A stretch of DNA of 63,652 bases, filler included, from Eubacteriales bacterium (lineage in GTDB: Bacteria; Bacillota; Clostridia; Oscillospirales; CAG-382): assembly GCA_045636665.1 (NCBI GenBank). It is 8 parts of 8 records of this genome, joined end to end, with 100 filler letters (N's around TTAATTAATTAA, not from the genome) between each part and the next. Parts side by side here need not be neighbours in the genome. Positions count along the whole stretch, not along the records: positions 49,937 to 59,211 come from JAZTXY010000007.1; positions 59,312 to 63,652 come from JAZTXY010000015.1; 6 more parts are not named here. The stretch is one strand, 5' to 3'. The position numbers were made by a program, and so were the translations under genes. Under the pieces are notes generated by a model. It did not search any database. It saw only the letters and a program-made list of their open reading frames with translations, and was not told the origin of the DNA. Of the stretch, positions 49,837 through 60,124 are shown piece by piece. Position 1 is the stretch's first letter, and the number at the start of each line of letters is the position of its first letter.

Positions 49837-49936
49837 NNNNNNNNNNNNNNNNNNNNNNNNNNNNNNNNNNNNNNNNNNNNTTAATTAATTAANNNNNNNN
49901 NNNNNNNNNNNNNNNNNNNNNNNNNNNNNNNNNNNN
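49837..49936. other. Artificial contig linker
   Basis: N44-TTAATTAATTAA-N44. Confidence 0.98.
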
Positions 49937-50071
49937 ATCCATTACTCTATCTTCTGTAACCTGATTATCGCGAAACACTCCACCTTGCTTAAGCATTTCA
50001 TCTACAAGAGTTGTTTTTCCGTGATCTACGTGTGCAATTATAGCAATATTTCTTAAATCTTCTCTAACCAT
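49937..50071 (-). CDS. typA: Translational GTPase TypA/BipA, N-terminal fragment
   Basis: [29 protein letters not shown]...RVMD. Confidence 0.92.
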
Positions 50072-50251
50072 AAATGCCCCTCTGATTGCAGAATATTTTA
50101 TAACAATATAAAATTATACACAAAAACGCACTATACGCAATGTGCATTTTCAATAATATTTATTTGACTTGCATTTTTCTCTTTATTTTATTGTCCAAAA
50201 GTGTTATAATCAATCGATATATTATAAAAAATGGTTTGGCAGGTGCTATTC

Positions 50252-51613
50252 TTGAATATAACTAAGCTCAAAAACAAATCAAGTCTTTATTTCCTCGGAA
50301 TTGGCGGAATAAGTATGTCCGCTATTGCTATGATCCTAAAAGGTAACGGTTTTTCAATTTCGGGATACGACAGAACGCTTGGCGACGTTACCGACAAGCT
50401 CGAAAGCAACGGGATTAAGGTTTATTCGGAATTCGATATTTCACAGCTTGACGGTTGCGATGCAATCGTTTATTCAGCCGCATTCGGGAATGACCACCCG
50501 ATATTTAAAGCCGCGCTCGAGACAGGTATCGATCTTTATTCCCGCGCCGAAATTTTGGGAGCTATCGCTAACCTATATAAAAACTCTATCGCAGTTGCGG
50601 GTACGCACGGAAAATCAACGACAAGTGGTATGCTCGGACACGTTTTGTTAAACGCGATGAATTGTGATCCCACCATCGTTGTTGGCGCTGTTATGCGTGA
50701 CGTTGGCTCAACCTACAGAGTCGGCAAGGACGATAACTTTATTTTTGAGGCCTGCGAATATAAAGACAGCTTTTTATCCTTCTTTCCCAAAATTGCAGTC
50801 GTTCTTAACGTCGCGCTTGACCACACCGATTATTTCAGCGGTATCGAGCACATGCGTGATTCGTTCATTCAATTTATGAACAACGGCGGCAGCGACGGAT
50901 ATGCCGTTTATAACTATGATTGTGAAAACTGCAGAATCTGCGCAAATAAACACATCGGCACAAATATCACTTTTAGTGCAAAAGGCGATATAAACGCAAA
51001 TTATTGTGCAAAGAATGTTGAAATGATATCGGGCTTTGCTTCCTTCGACGTTTATAAAAACGGAGAATTTTACATTTCGCTTAAGTTATCGGCTCCCGGT
51101 GAGCACAACATTTCCAATTCACTCTCGGTTGTGGCTTGTTGCGACCTTATCGGTATCGCAAAAGAGGATATTGTTAAAGGTATCGTTAGTTTTGCAGGCG
51201 TCGGCAGACGTTTTGAATACAAGGGCAGTTTTTCGGGTGCAGACGTTTATGATGATTATGCTCACCATCCCGATGAAATAAAAGTTACGTTAGATGCCGC
51301 AAAAGGAATTTCGCGCGGAAAGGTAGTCGCTGTATTCCAGCCTCACAACTACTCTCGTCTGCGCGACTTATTTGATGAGTTTAAAACCTCGTTCGATGAT
51401 GCCGATTTGCTTATTTTATGTCCGCTTTATGCAGCGAGAGAAGCATGCGGCAACGAAGTATCCTCGAAATTACTCGCCGATGAGATTGAACACGCGATTT
51501 ATTTTGAATCTTTCGATCAGATCAAAGAGCACTTAAGAAATATATTAAATCCCGGTGATTTACTGCTTATTATGGGCGCGGGCGATATTGCAAAGCTCGC
51601 AAATAGCATTTGA
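50252..51613 (+). CDS. murC: UDP-N-acetylmuramate--L-alanine ligase
   Basis: GIGGISMS, AVAGTHGKSTTS, EACEY, GVGRRFE, DDYAHHP and FQPH. Confidence 0.95.
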   Translation: MNITKLKNKSSLYFLGIGGISMSAIAMILKGNGFSISGYDRTLGDVTDKLESNGIKVYSEFDISQLDGCDAIVYSAAFGNDHPIFKAALETGIDLYSRAEILGAIANLYKNSIAVAGTHGKSTTSGMLGHVLLNAMNCDPTIVVGAVMRDVGSTYRVGKDDNFIFEACEYKDSFLSFFPKIAVVLNVALDHTDYFSGIEHMRDSFIQFMNNGGSDGYAVYNYDCENCRICANKHIGTNITFSAKGDINANYCAKNVEMISGFASFDVYKNGEFYISLKLSAPGEHNISNSLSVVACCDLIGIAKEDIVKGIVSFAGVGRRFEYKGSFSGADVYDDYAHHPDEIKVTLDAAKGISRGKVVAVFQPHNYSRLRDLFDEFKTSFDDADLLILCPLYAAREACGNEVSSKLLADEIEHAIYFESFDQIKEHLRNILNPGDLLLIMGAGDIAKLANSI

Positions 51614-51656
51614 TTCACAAACAGGTTAATTTTTTGACGAAAAATAAAAAAAAGAC

Positions 51657-51685
51657 TTGACAAAATCAAAAATGTGTTATATAGT
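51657..51685 (+). promoter_or_regulatory. rpmB promoter with A-rich UP element
   Basis: TTGACA-N17-TATAGT. Confidence 0.7.
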
Positions 51686-51729
51686 AAATTGTTCGAATTT
51701 TTACGGAAAATCTTGTGGAGGTGGAATAG

Positions 51730-51918
51730 ATGGCAAAGTGTTCAGTTTGCGGAAAGGGCGTTACGTTCGGTTGCAACGTTTCCCACTCGCACAGAAAAAC
51801 TAACAGAAGTTGGAAGCCCAACATCAGAAGAGTAAAGGCTAATCTCAACGGTACAGTAAAGCACGTTTACGTTTGCTCCCGCTGCCTTAGAAGCGGCAAG
51901 GTTACCAGAGCTATATAA
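51730..51918 (+). CDS. rpmB: 50S ribosomal protein L28 (Zn-binding type)
   Basis: MAKCSVCGK..FG.NVSHSHRKTNRSWKPN...VCSRCLRSGKV. Confidence 0.97.
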   Translation: MAKCSVCGKGVTFGCNVSHSHRKTNRSWKPNIRRVKANLNGTVKHVYVCSRCLRSGKVTRAI

Positions 51919-51951
51919 GCCAACCTTAACTCAAAAAAGCGAAGCGGTATT

Positions 51952-52548
51952 TTATACCGCTTCATTTTTTTCTTTTATTTGTTTATACGCTTCCGCAGTC
52001 ATAACGTAGTGTGCGATATCTCGTCGCACACCTTTTATTTCCATCTCGGAATATCCTATTCTGTCAAGCACGAAGCCGATACGCTCGGCAAGTCTTTTTG
52101 AAGCAACGTTTTCATTGATAATACGAAGGTGAGCGCTTTCGAGCTTTAATTCGTCAAACGTTAGTTTTAAAACCTCGAGAACCGATTCGGTCATATATCC
52201 CTTGCCTCTGTAATACGGAGAAAGAACGTAACCGATTTCACAGCTTTTTTCCCGAGAATTTATATTAGCATATCCGCAAGTGCCGATCATTTTGCCGGTA
52301 TCTTTAAGCGTTACCGCCCAATCCGCATATAATCCTCTTATATACCTTTTCTGGAGGAATTCAATATAACCCTTTGTTACGTCAACGTTTATATGTGCGC
52401 TCCACAAAAGAAATTCGCAAACATCATCGATTGAAGAATATTCAAACATATCTTCAGCGTCCGACGGAGCAATGTTGCGAATAATAAGACGGTCGGTTTC
52501 CAAGGGTGTAGATTTTATCAATGCTTTTCTTAATTTTCTGGCAGTCAT
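51952..52548 (-). CDS. GNAT family N-acetyltransferase (RimJ/RimL-like)
   Basis: LETDRLIIR, EIGYVL..YRGKGYMTE and ENVASKRLAERIGF. Confidence 0.9.
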   Translation of the reverse strand: MTARKLRKALIKSTPLETDRLIIRNIAPSDAEDMFEYSSIDDVCEFLLWSAHINVDVTKGYIEFLQKRYIRGLYADWAVTLKDTGKMIGTCGYANINSREKSCEIGYVLSPYYRGKGYMTESVLEVLKLTFDELKLESAHLRIINENVASKRLAERIGFVLDRIGYSEMEIKGVRRDIAHYVMTAEAYKQIKEKNEAV

Positions 52549-52687
52549 ATTGCACCTCCGTACCTGCATTATACCCCAAACCGATATGATTTTCAATATT
52601 ATCAAATACCCTTTATTAAAATTATTTTATATTAAAAAACATTCTTATAAAATATATTATTCTAATTAATTTATTTCTATATTTAAC

Positions 52688-52716
52688 TTGACATATTAGA
52701 TGAAAAGTTGTATAAT
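52688..52716 (+). promoter_or_regulatory. Consensus sigma-A promoter
   Basis: TTGACA-N17-TATAAT. Confidence 0.8.
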
Positions 52717-52759
52717 GCATTTATGTGTAAATATCTGTTTTTTAGGAGGAACGCCTACT

Positions 52760-55306
52760 ATGAAAAAAGGCATCTTATGTATTCTTCTGTCAATTCTTAT
52801 GCTTGTTCCGATGTTCGCATCATGTTCGAGCGAAGTCGTTATCGAGGATATAGAAGCGGAAGTTTATACCCTCTACACCATCAAGGATGAAAAAACCACA
52901 CCCGAAGCAATCAGACAGGTTGAACTTGCGCTTAACCGTATCTTGTTCCACCGTTTGGGTGTAATCCTCAAGCTTGTTATGGTTAATGAAGATGAATATG
53001 ATCAACTCATTGCCGACAAGTATGCCGAAATGGAAGAGTATACTCTTGCTAAGAAGAACAAGACCAATACGAGCGAATCTTCCAAAGCTTCCAATTCCGA
53101 AGAAGAAGTTTCCGAAGATGTTGTTACCGGCGATGACATTCTTAACATTCTTGAAGAGGGCGGACAAATTCCTCTTGAGGAACCGAGATTGGATATTTTC
53201 CTTGTAAGAGGCTACGACAAGTATTATGACCTTGCTACCAGTGGCAAGCTCGTAGCGCTTGACGAAAAGCTCAACAACGAAGGTAAAGCTCTCAGATCGT
53301 CTATTCACTCCACCTTGTTCACCGCTGCAAAGGTTGGTAACAAGACCTATGGCGTTCCCGTAAACAACGCGATTGGTGAATATACTTATTTGGTATTTGA
53401 TGCTGATCTTTTGGCACAGCACAATATCGACCCCAACACGCTCACAACCTTGGAAGACCTTCGTGAATATCTCGAAATCGTTGCTAAAAACAACCCCGAT
53501 TACGTTCCTTTGAAGAATATCAAGGAATCCACCTCCTTGAACTTCCTTAGCACCGAAGGTTTCCCTGCTATCGTTCGTTTGAACGACCTTGGCAAACGTC
53601 ACGTGTTGAATGCGTATGACGATTCTCAGTTCAAAGATTATTATGCGATGATCGCAAGATATCAAGCTCTCGGTTATCTTTCCAACGGCTTCAGCTCCGA
53701 TGATAACAGTGCAGACGCTACCAAATATGCTGTTCGCTTTGAAAGCGGCACTATTGACTCCATTACCAAAAATCTCCAAAAAGAATACGGTAAGGAACAG
53801 AAGTTTGCTTTTACCGAGTTTTCTCCCCCTATCGCAACCAACGAAAACACCATCGATAATATTTTCTGTGTATCCGAATTTGTATCTTCCACCGATGAAC
53901 TTACCGATGTAATCGAAATTATGGAAGCTATCAACACCGATGCTCAGCTTATGAACATCCTCACTTACGGTGTTGAAAACGTACACTACCAACTCGATGA
54001 CGACGGTTTTGTTGTAAGAAAAGAAGAAAGCGTTCAGATTAACGATCCTGAAAACCCCGATGAAAAGATCGTTGTTAAGAACATTTATATTGTTGACCCC
54101 AACCACGTTGGCAACTGCTTTATTACCCACATTCTTAAGGATACCGAACACGACACGACAAATGCAAACCTTTGGATTGACGCTATTAAGCAAAACCAAG
54201 ATGCAATTGTTTCACCCTCGCTCGGTTTCACTGCGAATCCCAAAAAGTTCTCATACGATGTAGTTGTTGAAATCGACGATCCCAAGAACCCCGGTCAAAA
54301 GATCGAACAAAAAGACACTATCGATATTTATGAACCCGACTACATTGAAACAATCAATGAAGTTATCAACAAGTACTACCCTGCTCTTCTTAACGGCACC
54401 GCAGTTGAATTCGATTATGCTGAAATTTATGCAAAAGCAGAAGCAGAAATCGTTCAAGACTTTGTAGACAGAATCGATGAACAGTTTGAAGAAAACGTTC
54501 TTAAGCCGATTTATGCCGAAAAGATGCGCGAAGAAGTTACCAGCAAACAAGGCAAAGAGATTTATGCAGAAGCTGAAGCGATTGTAAGAGAAGATCTTCA
54601 CGATGACGTTAGAAAGAAGCTCAAAAACAAGCTCACTTCTAAGTTCAAATCCGAAAATCCCGAAGCAACAAGCAGCGAAATCACTGCTATGGTAAATGAA
54701 GCTCTTACCGAAGATTATATCAACGAAAACTTCTCTTCTTACTACAGCGAAGAAGAAATTATTGAAAAGGTAGAATCTCGTTACTTGGGCGACCTTGAAT
54801 CGGCTATTGAAGATGCAATTGATGAAATCGAAGATACCGATGAATATGCAAAAGCTTTCAAAGATCTCCAAAATTCCGAAGAGTATCAAACTCAGCTTAA
54901 CCTTATGTTGACTCACGATGCTCCCAACAAAATTTTGGTACTCGTAGACGACTACATCTCTGAAGCGCTTGTTGCATATACCGACAGCATCATTGCTGAA
55001 ATCGAAGCAGCAATCAAAGCAGAAGTTGATAAATTCATCGAAGAAAACGCTGAAATCCTCGGACTTACCGCTGAACAAATTTTGTTAGAAATCGGTTACT
55101 ACGAAGAAGCAAAACCTGAAACCGAAGGCGAAGAATCCGACGCAACCACCGAAGAAACTCCCGCTGAAGGCGAAGGTGAAGGCGAAGGCGAGGAAGAAAA
55201 AGTAGAGTTAGTAGCAAAATATGAAACTTGGTTTGACTTCGTATTCGAAGAAAAAATCGTTAAGACATACTACTCTATCTTCGGCGACCCCAATCAAGCA
55301 GCATAA
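52760..55306 (+). CDS. Large acidic lipoprotein: solute-binding-protein-like N-terminal part with a helical C-terminal extension
   Basis: AGGAGG RBS; lipobox FASC; AAKVGNKTYGVP, LMNILTYGVENVHY and SPSLGF motifs of sugar-type SBPs. Confidence 0.7.
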   Translation: MKKGILCILLSILMLVPMFASCSSEVVIEDIEAEVYTLYTIKDEKTTPEAIRQVELALNRILFHRLGVILKLVMVNEDEYDQLIADKYAEMEEYTLAKKNKTNTSESSKASNSEEEVSEDVVTGDDILNILEEGGQIPLEEPRLDIFLVRGYDKYYDLATSGKLVALDEKLNNEGKALRSSIHSTLFTAAKVGNKTYGVPVNNAIGEYTYLVFDADLLAQHNIDPNTLTTLEDLREYLEIVAKNNPDYVPLKNIKESTSLNFLSTEGFPAIVRLNDLGKRHVLNAYDDSQFKDYYAMIARYQALGYLSNGFSSDDNSADATKYAVRFESGTIDSITKNLQKEYGKEQKFAFTEFSPPIATNENTIDNIFCVSEFVSSTDELTDVIEIMEAINTDAQLMNILTYGVENVHYQLDDDGFVVRKEESVQINDPENPDEKIVVKNIYIVDPNHVGNCFITHILKDTEHDTTNANLWIDAIKQNQDAIVSPSLGFTANPKKFSYDVVVEIDDPKNPGQKIEQKDTIDIYEPDYIETINEVINKYYPALLNGTAVEFDYAEIYAKAEAEIVQDFVDRIDEQFEENVLKPIYAEKMREEVTSKQGKEIYAEAEAIVREDLHDDVRKKLKNKLTSKFKSENPEATSSEITAMVNEALTEDYINENFSSYYSEEEIIEKVESRYLGDLESAIEDAIDEIEDTDEYAKAFKDLQNSEEYQTQLNLMLTHDAPNKILVLVDDYISEALVAYTDSIIAEIEAAIKAEVDKFIEENAEILGLTAEQILLEIGYYEEAKPETEGEESDATTEETPAEGEGEGEGEEEKVELVAKYETWFDFVFEEKIVKTYYSIFGDPNQAA

Positions 55307-55313
55307 TTTAAGC

Positions 55314-55343
55314 AAAAGAGTCGTTTTAAACGACTCTTTTTTT
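55314..55343 (+). terminator. Intrinsic terminator
   Basis: AAAAGAGTCGTTT-T-AAACGACTCTTTTTTT. Confidence 0.8.
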
Positions 55344-55493
55344 ATCATATAAAGTGTAATTGCTTTCCATTTTCGATGCACATTAAAGTGCCTTGTAAAA
55401 CTTATGTAAAGCTCCTTCATATCGAACGTAGCAACAATATCTTTAGGAATTTCAAGCAACTTGTCTTTTTAAAAATGACAACCATGGGTTAAC

Positions 55494-55523
55494 AAAAAAG
55501 GTGCGTTTGATACGCACCTTTTT
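55494..55523 (-). terminator. Intrinsic terminator after the CofE-like gene
   Basis: AAAAAGGTGCGT...ACGCACCTTTTT. Confidence 0.75.
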
Positions 55524-55526
55524 ACA

Positions 55527-56720
55527 TTATGCAGTATAATTATCGAAATAACCCTGAATCCAAACGATGGGAGTACCTTTATCACCGCTACCGGAGGTAA
55601 GGTCACAAAGCGATCCGATAAGGTCGGTAAGTCTGCGAGGAGTTGTGCCCTGAGAAACCATTTGTCCAACAAGGTCGCCATCTTTTTTACGAATATATTC
55701 GCTGATAGCATCTTTAAGTTCTTTACCGGAAAGATGCTTGAAATCATTATCGGCAAGATATTTAAGCTTAACTTCGTTAGGTTGTCCTTCAAGACCTGCA
55801 GTATACGCAGGAGAAACAACAGGGTCAGCAAGTTCCCAAATCTTTCCTACAGGGTCCTTGAACGCGCCATCACCATAAACCATAACCTCAACGTTCTTGC
55901 CGGTTTTTTCGTTAAGAATAGACGCAATTTCATCAACGACAGCTTGGCAATCACGAGGGAACAGCTTTACAGTATCTTCAGTCGCTTTGTTGCTACCAAG
56001 AAGACCGTATTCACTGTTATATCCCGAGCCGTTAATAGATTCATTAAGAATATCATCAAGACCGTAAACAAGCTTTGCGCCTGCAGCCTTAAGAAGACGC
56101 TTGCTTCTTGCACGAGTGTGGATATCGCAAGTAAGTACGGAATCGGTATAATCAAGCACCTTGCGGCAATCATTAGCAAGAATTATTTCAACTTCACAAT
56201 CTTGAGATTCAATAAGTCCGCGATAATACTCGATATAATCAACACCGGTAAAGGGATGTTTAACAATACCGAAAAGTTCACGGTACTTTGCTTCGGTAAG
56301 AACATCTGTCCAAGGATTTACACCTGCGGCATCCAAGGAATCATAATCAATCAAATGGTTGCCCACTTCATCCGAGGGATACGAGAGCATAAGAACAATT
56401 TTCTTTGCGCCGCGAGCGATACCCTTAAGGCAAATCGCAAAACGGTTACGCGAAAGTATGGGGAAAATTACACCGACAGTACCTTCGGGAAATTTAGCGC
56501 GAATATCGTCAGCAATTTGGTCAACAGATGCATAGTTGCCTTGCGCACGTGCAACAACCGCTTCGGTAACAGCAACAACGTCACGGTCGAGAATTTGAAG
56601 ATTTTCGCTTTCCGCAGCGGAAAGAACGCTTTCAGCCACGATTTTTGCAATATCATCACCTTGTCTGATAATAGGAGCGCGTACTCCGCGAGACACGGTA
56701 CCAATAAGTCTTTCGTTCAT
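55527..56720 (-). CDS. Coenzyme F420-0:L-glutamate ligase (CofE)-like protein
   Basis: RAPIIRQGDD, DVVAVTEAVVAR, VMVYGDG and GSLCDLTSGSGDKGTP. Confidence 0.82.
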   Translation of the reverse strand: MNERLIGTVSRGVRAPIIRQGDDIAKIVAESVLSAAESENLQILDRDVVAVTEAVVARAQGNYASVDQIADDIRAKFPEGTVGVIFPILSRNRFAICLKGIARGAKKIVLMLSYPSDEVGNHLIDYDSLDAAGVNPWTDVLTEAKYRELFGIVKHPFTGVDYIEYYRGLIESQDCEVEIILANDCRKVLDYTDSVLTCDIHTRARSKRLLKAAGAKLVYGLDDILNESINGSGYNSEYGLLGSNKATEDTVKLFPRDCQAVVDEIASILNEKTGKNVEVMVYGDGAFKDPVGKIWELADPVVSPAYTAGLEGQPNEVKLKYLADNDFKHLSGKELKDAISEYIRKKDGDLVGQMVSQGTTPRRLTDLIGSLCDLTSGSGDKGTPIVWIQGYFDNYTA

Positions 56721-56826
56721 TTTTTGTCCTCCAAAAAAAGATATTGACTTTTCTTTAGTTATATTATAATATAACTTATATCATAAGTCAAACAATTAAT
56801 TGTAATGTTTTGCATAAGGAGAACTT

Positions 56827-57720
56827 ATGGATATTAAGTTGGATCAATATAAAGTGTTTTATGAAGCGGCGATCAGCGGAAGTTTTTCTGAAGCCGCAAA
56901 AAAGCTTTTTATCACTCAAAGTGCGATCAGCCAACAAATCAGATCACTTGAAAACGAGCTCGGCGTTATGCTTTTCGCAAGAGGTCGCAAGGGCGCCAAG
57001 CTTACGTCGCAAGGTGAGTTGCTTTTCGGATACGTAAAGAGGTCGATAGAAGAAATTAAAAACGCAGAAGCGCTTTTTACAAGAATGAAAACGCTTGACG
57101 AAGGCAGTTTGAGAATCGGCGCAGGCGATACTATTACGCGACATCTGTTGATGGATGCACTTGAATCTTTTCATAACACATACCCTTCGATTAAAATTGA
57201 AATCGTCAACCGTGTCACAAACGAAACTCTTGATCGCTTAATAGCAGGCAAAATCGACGTTGCGTTTGTTAGTTTGCCAATAGACAGTAGCAAATATCCC
57301 GATGTAGTTATAAAAGACATTGGTAAATTGCACGAGGTGTTTATCGCCGGCAGTAAATATCAAAATTTATTTAACAAAACTCTATCAATAAACGATATCG
57401 CCTCCCTGCCTCTTGCAATGCTTGAGCCTAAATCAAACACGCGTCATAACACGGATATGTTTTTCCAATCACATGGGTTAAAATTAAACCCCGAGTTTGA
57501 ATTGGGTTCCTATGATTTGTTATTTGACTTTGCAGAAAAAAACCTCGGTATTGCTTGTATTACAGAGGAGTTTACCAAAAACATTGATAACAAAAAGGTA
57601 TTTAGACTGGAAACCGATTTTTCTATGCCCGAACGAAGTATCGGCATTTGCACGTTGGCAAACGTGCCCCCTTCACCTGCGGTCGCCCGATTGATAGAGA
57701 TAATCGAAAGCGTCATATAA
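56827..57720 (+). CDS. LysR family transcriptional regulator
   Basis: GSFSEAAKKLFITQSAISQQIRSLE..LG..LF.R HTH; divergent from the CofE-like gene. Confidence 0.95.
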   Translation: MDIKLDQYKVFYEAAISGSFSEAAKKLFITQSAISQQIRSLENELGVMLFARGRKGAKLTSQGELLFGYVKRSIEEIKNAEALFTRMKTLDEGSLRIGAGDTITRHLLMDALESFHNTYPSIKIEIVNRVTNETLDRLIAGKIDVAFVSLPIDSSKYPDVVIKDIGKLHEVFIAGSKYQNLFNKTLSINDIASLPLAMLEPKSNTRHNTDMFFQSHGLKLNPEFELGSYDLLFDFAEKNLGIACITEEFTKNIDNKKVFRLETDFSMPERSIGICTLANVPPSPAVARLIEIIESVI

Positions 57721-57723
57721 CAG

Positions 57724-57751
57724 AAATACGCTGCATAAAGCAGCGTATTTT
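57724..57751. terminator. Bidirectional terminator
   Basis: AAATACGCTGC...GCAGCGTATTTT. Confidence 0.75.
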
Positions 57752-57757
57752 CCTTGT

Positions 57758-58870
57758 TTATATATCAAAATATATTTGGTTTAAAATATTTGTTGCTTCC
57801 GCGGCCTCTTCCCCACCGCCTCCATTATTACCGGCACTTCCGCCATTCGTAGTTGCATTGGACAAAGGACCGAATTCAATAAACATTCTAATGCCAAAAA
57901 CGAGAAGGTACAGCAAACCGACAGCAATCAACAATTTGGGTATAATCATCAATTTTCGAGATTCATTAAACTTTTCTTGATCAGCTATGTTCTTCATAGC
58001 CTTTTCATATTGCTCGATCTTTTTCTGAGTTTCTTCTTTTGTTTCAAGGTATTTATTTTGTTTAAATCTCGATTTGTCGTGGAGAGTAACCTCACGCGGA
58101 TCGTTAACGACCTGCTTCGTTGTTTCTTCCAATTTTTCTCCCGAAATCGAAGTTCGTTGCCACTCTTTTTCTCTGCCGCATTTTTCGCAAACCTCCGAGG
58201 AGTTTGGATTTTTATTGCCACAGCAACACAACCAAACAGTATTTCCGAACTGCGGAATCACTTTTGTAGGATATTTCTCTTCTGCAGAACGATAAATATT
58301 AACTCTTGAATATACCATTTTTGTGATATTATCAAGTTCATGATACTTTTTCGAATCACCTGCAACAACGGTATTGATTTCAACAACCTCTCCGCCTGCA
58401 TATTCAACAGAAAGCAATACAAGCTCAATCTTTGTAAAATAGCTTTCGGGCAACGGTATATAAACGCAGGACCCAAATGCTTCGCTTTTGTTTATTGTAA
58501 GTTTTTTGTTTGACTCCCTGAACTTTAAACTAACATCGTCCTTACTAATAATACCGAAAGTAAGCAAATCGTGAGAATATTCAAAATCAATATGAGTATA
58601 CGGAATGTTTTGATTAAGATAACAGTTAATACGCACCGTCAGCTTTCTCAAAGGTTTTTCGGCAATGTTTTTAAATATAAAAGAAGCAAAAACATCGTAT
58701 GTATCGCGATCCGAAACAATATAGCCTTCTTCAATCTCTACGGGACTGTTCGGCAGAATAAAGGGATACTCAAGGTATTTTACTACGCGAAGCGACCTCA
58801 TCCTGTCATTTTTTTGACGCAAAATATATTCTTTTTCAATTTGATTTGAATTTCTTTTCATTTTTCTCAC
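57758..58870 (-). CDS. Hypothetical protein with Zn-ribbon and C-terminal TM helix
   Basis: WLCCCGNKN...CEKCG; hydrophobic segment followed by a Gly-rich tail. Confidence 0.72.
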   Translation of the reverse strand: MRKMKRNSNQIEKEYILRQKNDRMRSLRVVKYLEYPFILPNSPVEIEEGYIVSDRDTYDVFASFIFKNIAEKPLRKLTVRINCYLNQNIPYTHIDFEYSHDLLTFGIISKDDVSLKFRESNKKLTINKSEAFGSCVYIPLPESYFTKIELVLLSVEYAGGEVVEINTVVAGDSKKYHELDNITKMVYSRVNIYRSAEEKYPTKVIPQFGNTVWLCCCGNKNPNSSEVCEKCGREKEWQRTSISGEKLEETTKQVVNDPREVTLHDKSRFKQNKYLETKEETQKKIEQYEKAMKNIADQEKFNESRKLMIIPKLLIAVGLLYLLVFGIRMFIEFGPLSNATTNGGSAGNNGGGGEEAAEATNILNQIYFDI

Positions 58871-59211
58871 CTAAAATTGAAAGTAATGTTCAGGATCATT
58901 AAGTATACCACGTCTTGTGTATGCATCTACAAATTCAAAAGGTGTATTATCGGGATTTCTTAAAGCACAGCCTTGAGCATATTCAATACGTTTGTACTTC
59001 ACAGTTAATTCAAAAGGCGTTTTCAACGTAAAAGGCTTTGCATTATCAATATTCTTCACTGCTTCGCAAACGGCTGTATAAATTTCATCACAAACCGCTT
59101 CGGGGTGTTTGCTTATACAATTATTCCACGCAAGGGCTTGCTTTGTAACAACCGTTGTTGCCCATGGGAAGGATTCTTTTGCTTGTGCAACACAGATATC
59201 ATCCGACGAAA
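58871..59211 (-). CDS. M55 family (DppA-like) D-aminopeptidase, C-terminal fragment
   Basis: Frame open to the contig end: SSDDICVAQAKESFPWATTVVTKQAL..CISKHP...AVKNI..KPF..PFELTVKYKR. Confidence 0.75.
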
Positions 59212-59311
59212 NNNNNNNNNNNNNNNNNNNNNNNNNNNNNNNNNNNNNNNNNNNNTTAATTAATTAANNNNNNNNNNNNNNNNNNNNNNNNNNNNNNNNN
59301 NNNNNNNNNNN
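59212..59311. other. Artificial contig linker
   Basis: N44-TTAATTAATTAA-N44. Confidence 0.98.
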
Positions 59312-60057
59312 CAAAGGACGAAATGAATGAACGTGTTTTGAATGCCGCAACGCTCGTTCAAATCGATGCGCTTCTTGACCGAAAGCCCGCAGAGCTTTCG
59401 GGCGGTCAGCAGCAACGTGTTGCAATAGCTCGCGCGCTTGTGAAAATGCCCCGCGTGCTTTTGCTCGATGAACCGCTTTCCAACCTCGATGCGCGCCTGC
59501 GCCTCCAAACCCGTGAAGAAATTCGCCGTATACAAAAGGAAACCGGCATCACAACCGTTTTCGTCACTCACGACCAAGAGGAAGCAATGTCGATTTCCGA
59601 CGTTATCGTCGTTATGAAGGAGGGCGTTGTACAACAGGTCGGCGCGCCGCAAAGCGTTTATGACGACCCGACAAACCTTTTCGTTGCGAAATTCCTCGGC
59701 ACACCGCCCATCAACGTGTTTAACGGTAGGGTTGAAAACGGCAAGGTTTATATAGGCGATGAATCGGTGCTTGAGGTTAAGGGCGTCGATGACCAAGAGG
59801 TTTATGTCGGCATACGTCCCGAAGGTCTTGAGCCTAACCCCAACGGAGTGCTTTCCTGCAAGCTCACCAACGTTGAAATAATGGGAAGAGATGCAAGTGT
59901 TGTCGCAACTCACAACGAATCGCTGAATGCAACTGTCCGCGCAATGATCGATTCCGATATCCGTGTCGATACGACCTGCCCGACGGTTAAATTCGCGGTA
60001 AAACCCCACAAAATCTTCCTGTTCAACAAAGAAACCGAAAAACGTATCTGCTTTTAA
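59312..60057 (+). CDS. ABC transporter ATP-binding protein (MalK/MsmK/PotA type), 5' truncated
   Basis: LSGGQQQRVAIARA, LLDEPLSNLDA, FVTHDQEEA and a TOBE-like tail. Confidence 0.92.
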
Positions 60058-60082
60058 GATTAATAAAACAACAAGATAAAAT

Positions 60083-60117
60083 AAGAAAGGCGTTGCTTAA
60101 AAACAACGCCTTTCTTT
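60083..60117. terminator. Bidirectional terminator
   Basis: AAGAAAGGCGTTG...CAACGCCTTTCTT. Confidence 0.8.
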
Positions 60118-60124
60118 CATTATA

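Noticed and set aside
55345..55490. Short sequence between two terminators as a pseudogene or sRNA
   Set aside because: It has no recognisable motif, RBS, promoter or structure.
2154..59311. Seven identical TTAATTAATTAA motifs in N-runs as a biological repeat
   Set aside because: Each is exactly N44+12+N44 with six-frame stops. They are synthetic linkers, and adjacency across them is meaningless.
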